A stretch of 51,209 nt of DNA from Klebsormidium nitens (taxonomy: Eukaryota > Plantae > Klebsormidiophyceae). Positions 1 through 11,218 of this stretch are shown piece after piece (position 1 is the first letter of the stretch; each line of letters begins with the position of its first letter). The position numbers were made by a program, and so were the translations under genes. The notes under the pieces were generated by a model, which was given only the letters and a program-made list of their open reading frames with translations, had not been told where the DNA came from and made no database searches. The stretch lies in contig DF237564.1 of NCBI GenBank assembly GCA_000708835.1, positions 1 through 51,209 of the forward strand, given 5' to 3'.

Positions 1-258
1 CTGGTTTGCGGACTCGCCGCCCGTTTTGCCCCAGTCCCCTAGGGGTGGCGTACCTGCATTCCTCTATGGCACAAGCTTCCTAAATAACGTCAAAGTGCCG
101 GATGTTCAACCTTTAGCGCGCAGAAACCGTCCGATCTGGCAGTACAATTTTCCACCAATTCCCGGCCGCGCATTTTATGCCCACGATCAGTTGGTGCCTC
201 CGGGAAACGCTAGAACATGTTGTACATGTAACATTGGGCAGCCGGGGCCCGGAAGTCG

Positions 259-307
259 TTTCCAGAAATGCTCCTAGAGTCCAGGTGCTTCCAGAGGATG
301 CTAGAAA
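259..307. promoter_or_regulatory. Candidate heat-shock elements upstream of NBR1
   Basis: tTTCc-aGAAa (259-268) and gap-type cTTCc-aGAGg-(5 bp)-aGAAa (288-307), about 400 bp upstream of the ATG. Pattern match only. Confidence 0.3.
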
Positions 308-692
308 GTGGGTGCGTGACCGTCCATGAATCATGATGATGGACGGTTTCATCATGTCACTGCTGATGAGAAAGCTGGCCACGTGGATTCTATCGGACGG
401 CATCCGTAGATCCTTAGCCATGCCTACAACATCCACACCGTTTATCGTAATCACTCTTGACTCATCAACGGTGCACAGCTACCGGGTGATGGCGGAATAG
501 CGAACCAGGTTCCCAAGCCGGAAGCTAGGTAGGTATAGAGAGCACTCCTTTCCTTTTCGGAAGCTCACTTCAACCAAGAAGTTTTGTTCGCACAGCTCCA
601 TCCCGGCTCACAGGAACGGGATCAGCGCTTCTCTTCGTCCAAAGCGGCTCACCAGGAACGCTTCGTGTTCTTTGTTCATTGCAATAACCAAA

Positions 693-3600
693 ATGGCGTC
701 TGTTGTGAAGGTGAGGTTCGGTCCCCCTTGAAATTATGAATTGTAGGATGTTCGAGACTTTTCTACAGGAGACTCATATGTTTCACATGCTAAGCCTAGA
801 CGGAGTGCTGTCTTGTTGTAGTTGTTCAATGGCTTGGTGCACTAGCACGTAGTTCAATGGCTTGGTACACATAACACGGACGCTCCCTTGCGCCTTTCAT
901 CTAGTTCTTACCTGTGATAGAAGAATTGAACTCATGTACAGTAGTGCACGCGTATCTTTGCTCTTCTGATGGTCAATATGAGTGAAAGAGACAGTCGAAG
1001 CCTGACATAAAAGTCAAGTGGTTAGGAACATGTGGAACAGGGAAAGGGGTTCAAGCAACATCTGAGCTCACTTGTAACATGGGGTTTGTTCAACAATGTT
1101 TTCATTTCCTTTCTCCCAGGTGTCGTTCAAGGGCATCATGAAACGTTTGACTTACGGGACGGAGGAGGCTAACTTTGATAGATTGGTGAAGACTTTGAAG
1201 GAGTCATTCTCAATCGCTGAGGGGGCGAAGCTGAGGATCTTGTACACTGACTCGGATGGGGACAAGGTGGGGTCAGCAGCTGTGCTCTATAATCTTTATA
1301 TGCATGTTAGCAGTCTCCTATCGTTGATTTTTGGCTTACATCGGGGGACAGAGCCTTGTGCTTGGGGGGCACATGTATTGTGAAAAAGCATGGGTTAGAG
1401 CTTTTTGATCTCCCTTGGTTCAGACACTCGTTCAGACATTCAAAGCTTTGATGTAAGAGTTGTTAGCAGTCCGAAATTGTGAGAGCTGGTCCCATCTTTG
1501 TCTTTTCTATGTCTTCTAAATGGTTCTTTGCTTTAGTATAGGTTCTATGTCTTCTAAATTGTTCTTTGCTTCAGTATAGGTTGCAGAGTGACGATCTGCA
1601 TGATGAGTAGTAATCCTGTAATCTTCTTTTGAATCAAGTTTCAATTAGGTGTTACCAATTCTTCGTGGTCTTGTTAGTCCAACCTCGTCAGTATTTGCCA
1701 CCCTTGTGTTGTGCCTCCTTCTTTATTCTTTCCTGTCTTGGAGGTATAGGGATAGGGCAATTCTGCCTTCTGGTATACAGTTTCTTGTCAAATTCATCCT
1801 AGTGATCTTTATTCCAGTTGCAATGCTCACTGTGGTTTTATTATGGTGTTCTTCATTCCAGGTCCTCCTCTCCGACAATGAGGATCTCAAAGACGCCCTC
1901 AAGAACCAGAAGCTCAACCCGCTGTACCTTGAGGTGACCATCATCAAAGAGGCGAAGTCTGAGGCGAAGTCTGAGGCTAAGACTGCTGCAGGGGGTCCGG
2001 CACTGGACCCCCTTGCCGCGCTGTTCGGCAACATGAACAACTGGACCAACGGCGAGGGGAAGGAGCGCTTCAACAAGTTTGCGTCCAGCTTCAAGCAGGG
2101 CCAGGACGTCTTTGAGAGCATTCTGAAGGACATCAACCCTTCGACTGCGGCTGGCAGTTCTGACCTGATGGAGAAGATCCTCGCTGGAGTCTCGGCTGCA
2201 GCGGCTGCAGCCACTGACGCTGCGAGCGCTGCGTCTTCTAGCAAGTCGCAGGAGGAGGGCCCCAAGGAGGCCGCCAAGCCTGAGAAGGCTGAGAAGAAGG
2301 CTGAGAAGAAGGCTGACAAGGAGCCTGAAAAGATGGCTGAGAAGGAGCCTGAGAAGGAGACTGAGAAGGAGCCTGAGAAGGAGACTGAGAAGAAGACTGA
2401 GAAGGAGGACTCTGAAGAGAAGGCGAATGAGTCTGTCCACCCCGGAGTGCAGTGCGACGTCTGCAGCATGATTCCGATCAAGGGGACACGCTACAAATCA
2501 CTGGATCAGCACGACTACGACCTGTGCCAGGCCTGCATGGACGCCTACCCTAACAAGACTGAGCAGTTCACCAGGATTGAGCACCCGCTGTACCGCCCTC
2601 GTGGCTTCGGCCCTGGGTTCAGGGGGGGGAGGGGGGTGAGTAATCAGTGTTTCTGTTCAGAGTCTTATGATAGACAGGATATTCTTGTTGCATAGGGTTC
2701 GATTTTCAAAGTCTTTCTTTGTTTAGGTTTTGAAGAACTTTTTGGTTTTGAAGAAGTTTTTGTTGAACCTTCTGATGTCATGAGATTGGTTGCTTCCCCT
2801 TTCATTGAATAAAAGGAGACATAAGTGCACCAGGACTTACACTTTTGCTATAAGTGGTACTCAAGCAAAACGGAGTTTTGTTCAAGCAGTTTGTGTGTGC
2901 AATGTCAGGGTCACTTTAGTACCTTAAGCATCTCTTGTCAAAATTTCAATGCCATGTCAGGATTACTTGCTTCTTTCTTAGAACACAATCTTGCTCTGAA
3001 GAGCAAGAGTTGCCAAGTTGCCTGCACCTACTTGCACATGATCACACAGGGAAGCTGACTTTTGTCTCTTTCTTTCATTCTGCCTGAGCTTGCTTTCTGG
3101 TAAAGTGACATTCACAATGGGGCATTCAGACTGTCAAGTATCATTGACATTGAGGCAGTTACTTACCTGAGTGGAAAGATTCTCTAATCCAAGTACTATG
3201 TCCTTTCTGACCAGCAGTCCACCTACTTCATGTATTTTATCTAATCAAACTTACATCTCTCTCCAAACACAGGGCCCTCGCTGCATGCCTCCCGGCCTCC
3301 AGTTCGGCGGCCGCCCCTTCATGTGTGGCAACGCCAACCCCAGCAATCGCTGGGGAGGCGGCCGTCACTGGGGTCCCCCCAGCACTGCAGAGGCAAAGCC
3401 TGACGCGCGCTTCGTCAAGGACGTGACCATCTACGACGGCACCGAGATGGTGCCGGGAACGCCGTTCACCAAGATCTGGCGCTTCCGCAACGTCGGCACC
3501 ACCGCCTGGCCGCAGGGGACCCGCATCATCAAGGTCGGGGGCGACAGCCTGGCGGAGCAGGAGACGTTTGAGCTGCAGGTAAGAATTGAAATTTGCTGCA

Positions 3601-6202
3601 ATCGTGTGTGAGGATTGTCCTGTCAGCAGGGGTGATGGCTGGGAGTTTTCGTCCTTGTTGCTCCTGTTTCTCTCTGCTTTGTGCTGTCTGCCGGAAACCC
3701 ATCAGAAGAAACAGTGTGACTGGCTTCTTTTTAAGTAACAGCTATTAGTTTCGAGTACTAGCAAATGGTGCATATGGCTTCCATTGTTATCTAGAGAGCG
3801 TTTTGACAGGTTTCTCAAGCCCTCTTTTGGTCAAAAGTCCTGTGGCTTTCACTTGGAAGATCTGGGCAGTTCTGGGCAGTTTCACTGAGAGCAAGTTCTG
3901 AAGCAAAAATTTCCTTGTCCGCTACAGATCAGCGAGAACGGCCTTGCACCTGGAGAGGAGGTCGACGTGGCGGCCAACCTGAAGGCCCCTGAGAAGCCCG
4001 GGCGCTATGTGACTCACTTCCGCCTGGCGACTCCCCAGGGCGTCAGATTCGGCCACCGCATGTGGGCCCTCATCCATGTAAGCAACGATATCTGTTTGTA
4101 TGGCAGTTCAGCACCTGAGTTATTCAGGCCCTTATTTGGTGATCTCACTTGTGATTTGATGATTTGAAATTGGATGATTCGCATTTTTGGAGTACAGATC
4201 GATCTGTGCGCAGATCCTCGTTAAGAGGGACGGCGCATGGTACTTGCACTGCCTTGCTGAGACTTAAGATGGTTTAGGCAATACCATTTGTCTCAATTGT
4301 TTTGTGTATCAAAAATGTACTTCGCACGTCTTGGAAAAGAAAGAAAGGACATATCAGCGCTTACTTATCTTCCCTGATTCCTCGTTCCAGGTTCTGGACA
4401 AGGACGAGGAGTCCCCTCTGGTGGCCGACTCCAAGGCTGAGGACGTCACGCCCTCTGCTCCCGCCGTTCCGGCCCCCGAGAAGGAGCCTGTCAAGGAGAC
4501 TTCCGATGACGTCAAGGTGATCCCCGTAGAGGGCGCTGACGTCACGCCTGAGGAGACTGCAGTGGTCGTCACCCCGGAGAGCCCCACCTCGGAGCCCACC
4601 AACCTGGGGGACGACGGCTTCATGAAGGTCGAGCAGTCCGACACCAAGAGGTGAGGGAGCGAGCGTGCCTTCTACATCTGGTTGTGAATCTGGTTTGGTA
4701 GGTTGCATGTATCTGGTTGTTAATCTGGTATGTTAGGTTGCATGTATAAAACTTACTTTCGGTAGTAATATGCAAGACTGTGGAAAAGCTTGACCAGGTA
4801 TTCGTCTTGGTCAAGCTATGGGTTGCAGGAAGCGTCTGACTCGATGTTTTGAGAGTTGGTGCGTGAAGATGGCCTCGACGTGTCGGTCCAATTGTGGGAA
4901 CATTCCAACCGCGGAGGTTTTCAAACACACAATCACCTGAAGTTTTTTGAGTAGCCTGGCTGTAGGTGACTCCCTCATTGGCTCGTTCGAGGGCGTTAGT
5001 TTGGTCACGAGGCTCTTGACAATCACTCCATGATAACGCCGCTTCGTTCACTTTTCAAGCTCGTGACGCTCACGACTATCCTCTGCTCCTCGTTTCGCCG
5101 CAGCCCTGAAGACTCGTCTCCGGAGGAGACCGTCATCCAGGCCCCCGCGCCCACTCCTCCCGCGGTAGACGCCCCCAAGACCGCCGACACCGCCTCCCCC
5201 GAGAAGGCCCTGTCGGCCGCCGAGGACGCCTCTGCGGAGCAGGTGGTGCCCGAGAGCGTGGTCGCGAACAAGGCCCCCGAGGGCGAGCTGTACAAGGAGC
5301 AGCTAGCCAAGCTCGCGGAGCTGGGCTTCGGCGACGGCGCGCAGAACGTGGCGCTGCTGGAGAAGTACGGCGGGGACCTGCCTAAGACCATCAACGATCT
5401 GGTGACGGTCAACGAGTGGGATCCGATGCTGCAGGAGCTCGAGGAGATGGTGAGCGCGGCTTCTGATTCTTCTTTTCTGTTAGTCTTAGGTTTCCTTGGT
5501 GTTAGTTTTAGGTTTCCTTGGTGTTCGAGAGTTTTTGTGAGTGTTAGGACTCCCACTGTTCGACAGAGTTAAGATTCAGAGATTGTGCAAGTGATCGGCC
5601 ACCAGAGATGTGGGAAATCCAGGACATGTAGGGATGTGCACGGCACTGTTTTAGGCAGGTAGCAATTTGTGGTGCTCAATATTGAATGTGGGTTGCATAA
5701 TATACTTTTCAGCGAAGATTGAGCGTTCGGCAAGTTTGACAGTACGGCTGATTGTTCTGCTCGCGCAAGATCCTCCATTGGCCGTGCAAGATCCTCCATT
5801 GGCTGGCATCCTAAGCGAGCAGAGAATCCTGCTGCAGGGTTTTTTCTCTGACAAAGGCATTGCATCTTTGCTGCAGGGTTTCTACGACAAGGAGCTGAAC
5901 CGCAGCCTCATCTACAAGAATAACGGACGTCTTCAGCGTGTCGTCAAGGTAAGGAGTTTTCTCTATGGATGGGTGTGGGCTTGTGACCGAATGCTCTACA
6001 AAGCAGGCCGCAAAGCAGGTGCAAAGTGCTTTTTTTTTGTGCAAGCTGGAGAAGACATTGTCTGATGTCCATACGAAACCTCATCGTGGGTGCTAACAGC
6101 TTGTCTTATTCGAAGCTGACTTGCAGCACAGGAACTGATGAGTCTTTTCCTCTGTGTCGACAGGATCTGGTGCAGATCTACAAGGCCGGGCCTAGTGCTT
6201 AA
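693..6202 (+). CDS. NBR1: Selective autophagy cargo receptor NBR1 (PB1-ZZ-FW/NBR1-UBA-UBA), about 703 aa, 9 coding exons
   Basis: Exons 693-710, 1120-1266, 1862-2635, 3273-3578, 3928-4077, 4391-4650, 5104-5449, 5877-5948, 6164-6202. All are GT-AG with consistent phases (2112 nt). PB1 with basic K (MASVVK) and OPCA motif YTDSDGDKVLLSDNEDL; ZZ finger CDVC...YDLCQAC; FW domain FVKDVTIYDGTEMVPGTPFTKIWRFRN; two UBA domains around EWDPMLQELEEMGF. Confidence 0.95.
1505..1580 (+). repeat. 38-bp intronic tandem duplication (NBR1 intron 2)
   Basis: ttctatgtcttctaaat(g/t)gttctttgctt(t/c)agtatagg x2. Confidence 0.9.
4676..4745 (+). repeat. 35-bp intronic tandem duplication (NBR1 intron 6)
   Basis: atctggttgt(g/t)aatctggt(t/a)tg(g/t)taggttgcatgt x2. 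Confidence 0.9.
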
Positions 6203-6349
6203 TTAGGCAGGGCTCAAAGGTGGTGTGCAAGTGGATGTAGTGTGGGCTTCGTAACCATGGAGACGTGGCGTGGAATAAGCAGTTGTGGCTTCAGAAGACT
6301 AGACAGCGGTAGTGACCAGACGTCAGATTCTGGAAAATCGTTGGACCTT

Positions 6350-6570
6350 GCATCAGACCTCGGAGCGGGTTCATCGACCTGTGTCATGACCTGTGGGATT
6401 GTCGGCATCAGATCAGACCTCAGAGCAGGTTGATAACCTGTGAAGATCGGACCTTGGATTAGACCTCGGATCAGACCTCAGAATTGGTCGTTCCTGTACG
6501 AATCATCAGACCTCGGAAGACCTTAGAACAGGTCGTTCCTGTACGAATCATCAGATCTCGGATCAGACTC
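6350..6570 (+). repeat. Degenerate minisatellite (GATCAGACCTC-type units) downstream of the NBR1 stop
   Basis: Several (A/G)TCAGACCTC(G/A)GA units. The 32-bp direct repeat ggtcgttcctgtacgaatcatcaga(c/t)ctcgga occurs at 6486-6517 and 6531-6562. Confidence 0.75.
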
Positions 6571-7819
6571 TGGAGATGCTGGTCCCTGCCTTGATTGAAA
6601 TTGTTTACAAATGTAACACTGGGCATTTCAATGGTCTTCCAGTCCACAATTTCGAATGTTGTGAGGTCATGGTCCACTCGACACTAGATTGATCGATCTT
6701 GAATTCCTTTCTGGCGTGCTTATGTGAAATAATCAAACACATACGGAGTATTGAAATTATAGTCAGTCGCCGGCAGATGCAAAGGCTATGCAAGCCGCTG
6801 GCCAGTGCATACCGGATCTGAACGAGTATTTGAAATTGGTGATTCGATATCATGACATAAGCCTTGAGCTGCTTATGTCATGATGATACCCGCACTGTTG
6901 AGTGCAAGTGCATGCTGAATGCATGCATGCAGTTATCATTAACCGATCGATTCAGTGCTTGTGATCGGATCCATTTCACACGTCTGTGCATGTGCGATCT
7001 AAGCTAAGTTTGTCTTGCGTCCCGAATAATGAAAATCGACAACGGCTGTCACAGATATGTGCATATATATGTTTTGAATGCCGCCGGCGCTGCATGGTGC
7101 ACAACAAGTGTAGATCAGCTAGTATATACCGGTATTTTCTTTGTGACTTTCACATGCCCAACTTAGTAGGCGGCTAGAGATCGGCTATATACTAGGATCG
7201 GACTTGTGACACACTCATGCCGGTATAGTGCATGCATAATCTGTGCCAGCAAGCCTTGATGCGGATATTGCAATTAATGGTACACTTGACAGGGATATGC
7301 GCGCGATGATGCACCGACTGAAGCACACATGTACATCTTATACGCGATGCGCTGAGGTATCATAATTGCACACATACTGCATGATACAGGCTGCATGTAG
7401 TGTGGAGGCCACCAGGAAGCTGACGGGGCGCAATGTGGCGGTAGAATTCGGAAACAGGTGAGGGGCATGCCTCATTGTGGACCTCAGTGTTTCCCTTGGA
7501 GAGTGCAACTCAACTAGGCAGCCTAGCGTGTCCGGTTGTATATTCAACTGCAATTGGGTCAATTGTGGCACTCGACCATCCGTCACGGTACCAGCCCATG
7601 GCGGCCAGGTATTCTACGTGTTGAATTACGCTGCATGGATGATGCACTGTGGTTACGCATCTCTGAGTGGCATCCAGTCAAACCATCTGTCATTCCTGCG
7701 CTCGTGTCTAATTTATACTACTCGTGATGCACTTTCATGGTGTAGAAGGGCAATGCTTTCATTAACAGAAATACGATGGCCCCTCCTTGCAGAAGTGACA
7801 GGAAAAATGGTCATCATGG

Positions 7820-10319
7820 TCACCGGATGCGAAACATGGCTTTTCTGACCTTCAACACATGTCTGCACGTTAAGGAGAGCCGTGGGCCCAACCTAGGCAC
7901 AGTTTGAGGTAAGCTTTCGCCACCCAAAGACGGAAGAAAGCTTCTTTGCTCCACATCCAGGAATCCTGGAATTTCTAGCGCAGGCAGATTCACTACCTGC
8001 GGTGACAAGAATAGCAGGTTCATTGAAGCAGGCAGATTTTCCGTCGTAATATGAATCGCGCTTGGGGCATAAAGCCACTTCCCCTCACACAACGTTAAGC
8101 AGCGTAAAATCTGTCAACCATGAATGCAAACTGAACGAGACAACCGGCCTATAACATTCACGCCACAAAATCTTGACTAGACAGTCCAGATTCAAGTATC
8201 GAAACTCACCGTTCAAGACGAACACTTCCACGCTCTTTGCAGCGGATCAGAGCAAGGCGGAGCTTTGAACAAGAAAGAGAAAACAGCGGAGTAGTGCTCC
8301 GTCTTAATTGCGGGCTCACCGTTTCATCGATCTCGTGTTCCATACTCTCGTCGATGCCGTGCAAATGATCTGTAAGCCAAGAAACGCTTGCGAATCAACC
8401 TTACAAATAACAGTCCTCTAGGTCAGAGAATCAATCAGGAGAGCGTCCAGTTACGTTAAGTTGCAACAAACCACAGTAATAAGCTTTTTCAAGGACGTCG
8501 AGAATGAAGGCAAGCAAAGATTTTGAGCCTCACCAGGTCAACATCGCAACAACGCATGCTTACACCCGGACGAGTCCCTCCGCTTGTGCTGCCAAGCAAT
8601 CGCTATCAGCCGGTAAGAGTCTGCACGTTTCGGTGGGCCCAAACTTACCAGTATATGCCTCGTCTTTAAAGATGAGCAGGCTCCTTGGCATCAGCACAAC
8701 CGAGCAGTGAGATGGCTTGCGGGCCCCCGTAAACCCAAGCTGGTCCTCGAACTTCGAAAACACGCTTTTCCCGCTGTCAGCAGTGCCGTTCTGCATGACG
8801 TTAGCTGTCTGTCCTGTTTCCTGACATGACGCTTGAGCTGCGGCTGAACTGTCTGAATGACCACTCAAGCCGCTGGCTTCACTCGCGAGTGCATTGGCCG
8901 CTGTGTGTTCTTGACTAGAGCTGTGAGATGGTGAATCAACCGCACTGCTGAGATTCGTTCCTGGTTCTGTAGTTGCTTGAGAGTCATCCGGATGATGAGG
9001 GGAGGAGCTTTTGCGGGGCGTAAAGCGCATGACGGCTGGCGAGCCTAGGGACAGAATTGCAACGACGGGGTAGTACATAGGGCCGTCCTGGTGTGGCTGC
9101 ACGAAAGAGCACACTTCCGTTCAGCTCGATTTGGATGTGCAAGTGTTCAGTCTACTATAGAAGAGGACACCGCTTACTCTGACACACTACAGTAAGTACA
9201 AGCGTAAAGTGTCACCTGCGATCAAATCGGTTCGCTCCCCACCATGATCAATTGTACAAGGACCAGTGACAGCGGAGAGCGTGCTTTCTGGACGGTTTTG
9301 GATACTTGAATACTTGAAACACATGCTCTGAGAACTTGAAGACAGGAAAGAGATTTGCGTGCTCACCATGATGCCCTGCCCTGGAAGGTACTCGTTGATA
9401 AGGACGTGGTTCAGGGGGGAGGGGAACATGTCGGTCTTGGCAGCGATGCCAGTCAACACACCTTCTAGCCATTTGGGAACTGCACGTGGCAGTTTATAAG
9501 GATATGGAATGATCTTCTAGTTTCTGATATGCTTAGTAGTCATCTGGCAGATCCATTGCTGACCTATGTGGTCTGTTGAGCTTACCAGTCACTCTTTCTG
9601 GAACATGGTGACGCATTGACATCAGAGTTCACCAACTGTGTCCCTGAGATCGACCCCTTGTTGCACAAAAAGCCTAGTCAGCTTTTTCAACCTGAAGAAC
9701 CTGGTGAACAGAGTGATTTGTCTATGAGGCTAAGACGGGGACAGCAAGTGACTAAAACATAATACCAGGCTCTGTCCAGTATCTAACCCACCTGGTTCTG
9801 GAATCATGCCCTTCTCATGCACCATGCCACCTGTTGCCATGGACATAAGAGAGTGAGAGTAGGTGCCAGCCAGACAGAAGGAAAGAGCTTGCAGGCTGGT
9901 TGAACAAATGGAGTCATCAAAATCACGACAGAGGACTTGCTTGAGCAGTCTTATCACGCCAGCCAAAGTTCCACAGGTTCTGGACAAAGAGGATTTCTTC
10001 CCTTACCCCAGTACTGCAACCTTCTGCCTTTCAGCTCTCTCCACTTCGTTCGTGGTGCAGCGTGGATCTGCGCAGCTCAAAAGGAGAGGGAATCCATTAG
10101 CTCTCGCAAACCTTTGAGCCCCACTCGGCAGATATTTCGTTTCCCTTCCGCTACCAGAGCAACGAGATCTTCAAACAACTAAGAACACCCAACCTGTTTT
10201 TGCCATTTGACTCAAGCAATACAGCCCACCTGATCAATCAACTTCCGTTCTTGTTCAGCAGTGACAAAGTCAGGTATGTAGTAGACTGATGGAAGTTCCC
10301 CCACTTTAAAATTCTCCAT
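7820..10319 (-). CDS. ALKBH6: AlkB-family 2OG-Fe(II) dioxygenase, ALKBH6-like, about 325 aa, 7 exons
   Basis: Exons (minus) 10319-10230, 10067-10007, 9830-9792, 9479-9367, 9096-8649, 8369-8320, 7996-7820; phases consistent (978 nt). Motifs [39 protein letters not shown] (HxD), DHLHGI (distal His), RLSLTCR (2OG-binding Arg residues). The start codon could lie further upstream. Confidence 0.92.
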
Positions 10320-11218
10320 GTCGTACTGGTGTGCGCAAGATGACGCATATGTATCTCAGAGAAATAAAAGTCCTGTTTTTTCACAAAAGCTTCCCCAGAG
10401 AAAAGAGGTGGTTGTGCGTGGTGGTGCCCACTGATGAAAGGGTGGTGAGCTAGGGGAGGCAATGCTGTAAGCTGGTGAAATCAAGTCAAGTAAACATCTC
10501 CTGAACACTCCACTATGTTATTTTGAATGCCTAAAAGCTCTTTCCACTCACTACCTACATTAAGCTACAATCTACTAGTACAAGCTGAAGAGGGTCCAGC
10601 CGCCAGCGTCAATCGCTTCAAAATCAGCAATGCCAATGGTGCTCTGTCTAGCTCTGTCTCTGTTGCTTTCATCTCAATTTCAGCTGTCCTCGAACAGCGG
10701 CGAATTACAAGGCCTAGAACCAGCGACTAGAATTCACACTGTACCAATGATCCAGGTTACAGCCGGGATTAAGACTTGGGCTTGCGTGTGACTTGGGCGC
10801 TCGATCGCATTTGAGATTTCAAATTCAGGTTCAGCTGCGGTTCCTGTCCAAACCTGTTCAAACTGTTGAAACAGGGAGAAGACACAGTTGACAAAGCAGC
10901 AAACTTCAAAGCATGGCGGGCCGCCCTTGGCATCAAGGCGTTCAGAAGTGGCCCGGACTTCAAGTTCAGAAGACTATTGATTGACGGCTGTAGCTCATGC
11001 AGAAGGTTACTCTTACAGAGTACAAGCAATGCGGTGCTATCGCTGTGCCGGTCGCTTGCTTGTACAAGGGGGGCCGAGCAGCTGGGTCAGTTAGTGAGTA
11101 AGTGTCTGAGAAAGTAAGGTGCGGATAGCCAGAGGTAGTGTACACATGACACGTCGCAAAAGCTAATGTTTTGAGCAACGACACCACTAGCGACGTAGAC
11201 CACAAGGTGTATTGAAAG

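Noticed and set aside
26-454. Short ORFs at the window start and in other intergenic or intronic regions (e.g. 48836-49213)
   Set aside because: They have no recognisable motifs, no coding-type codon bias and no supporting splice structure.
8200-8245. Extra ALKBH6 cassette exon or donor echo (gaacg|gtgagt)
   Set aside because: The gene model is complete without it, and the similarity to the exon 6 end is only about 9-11 nt.
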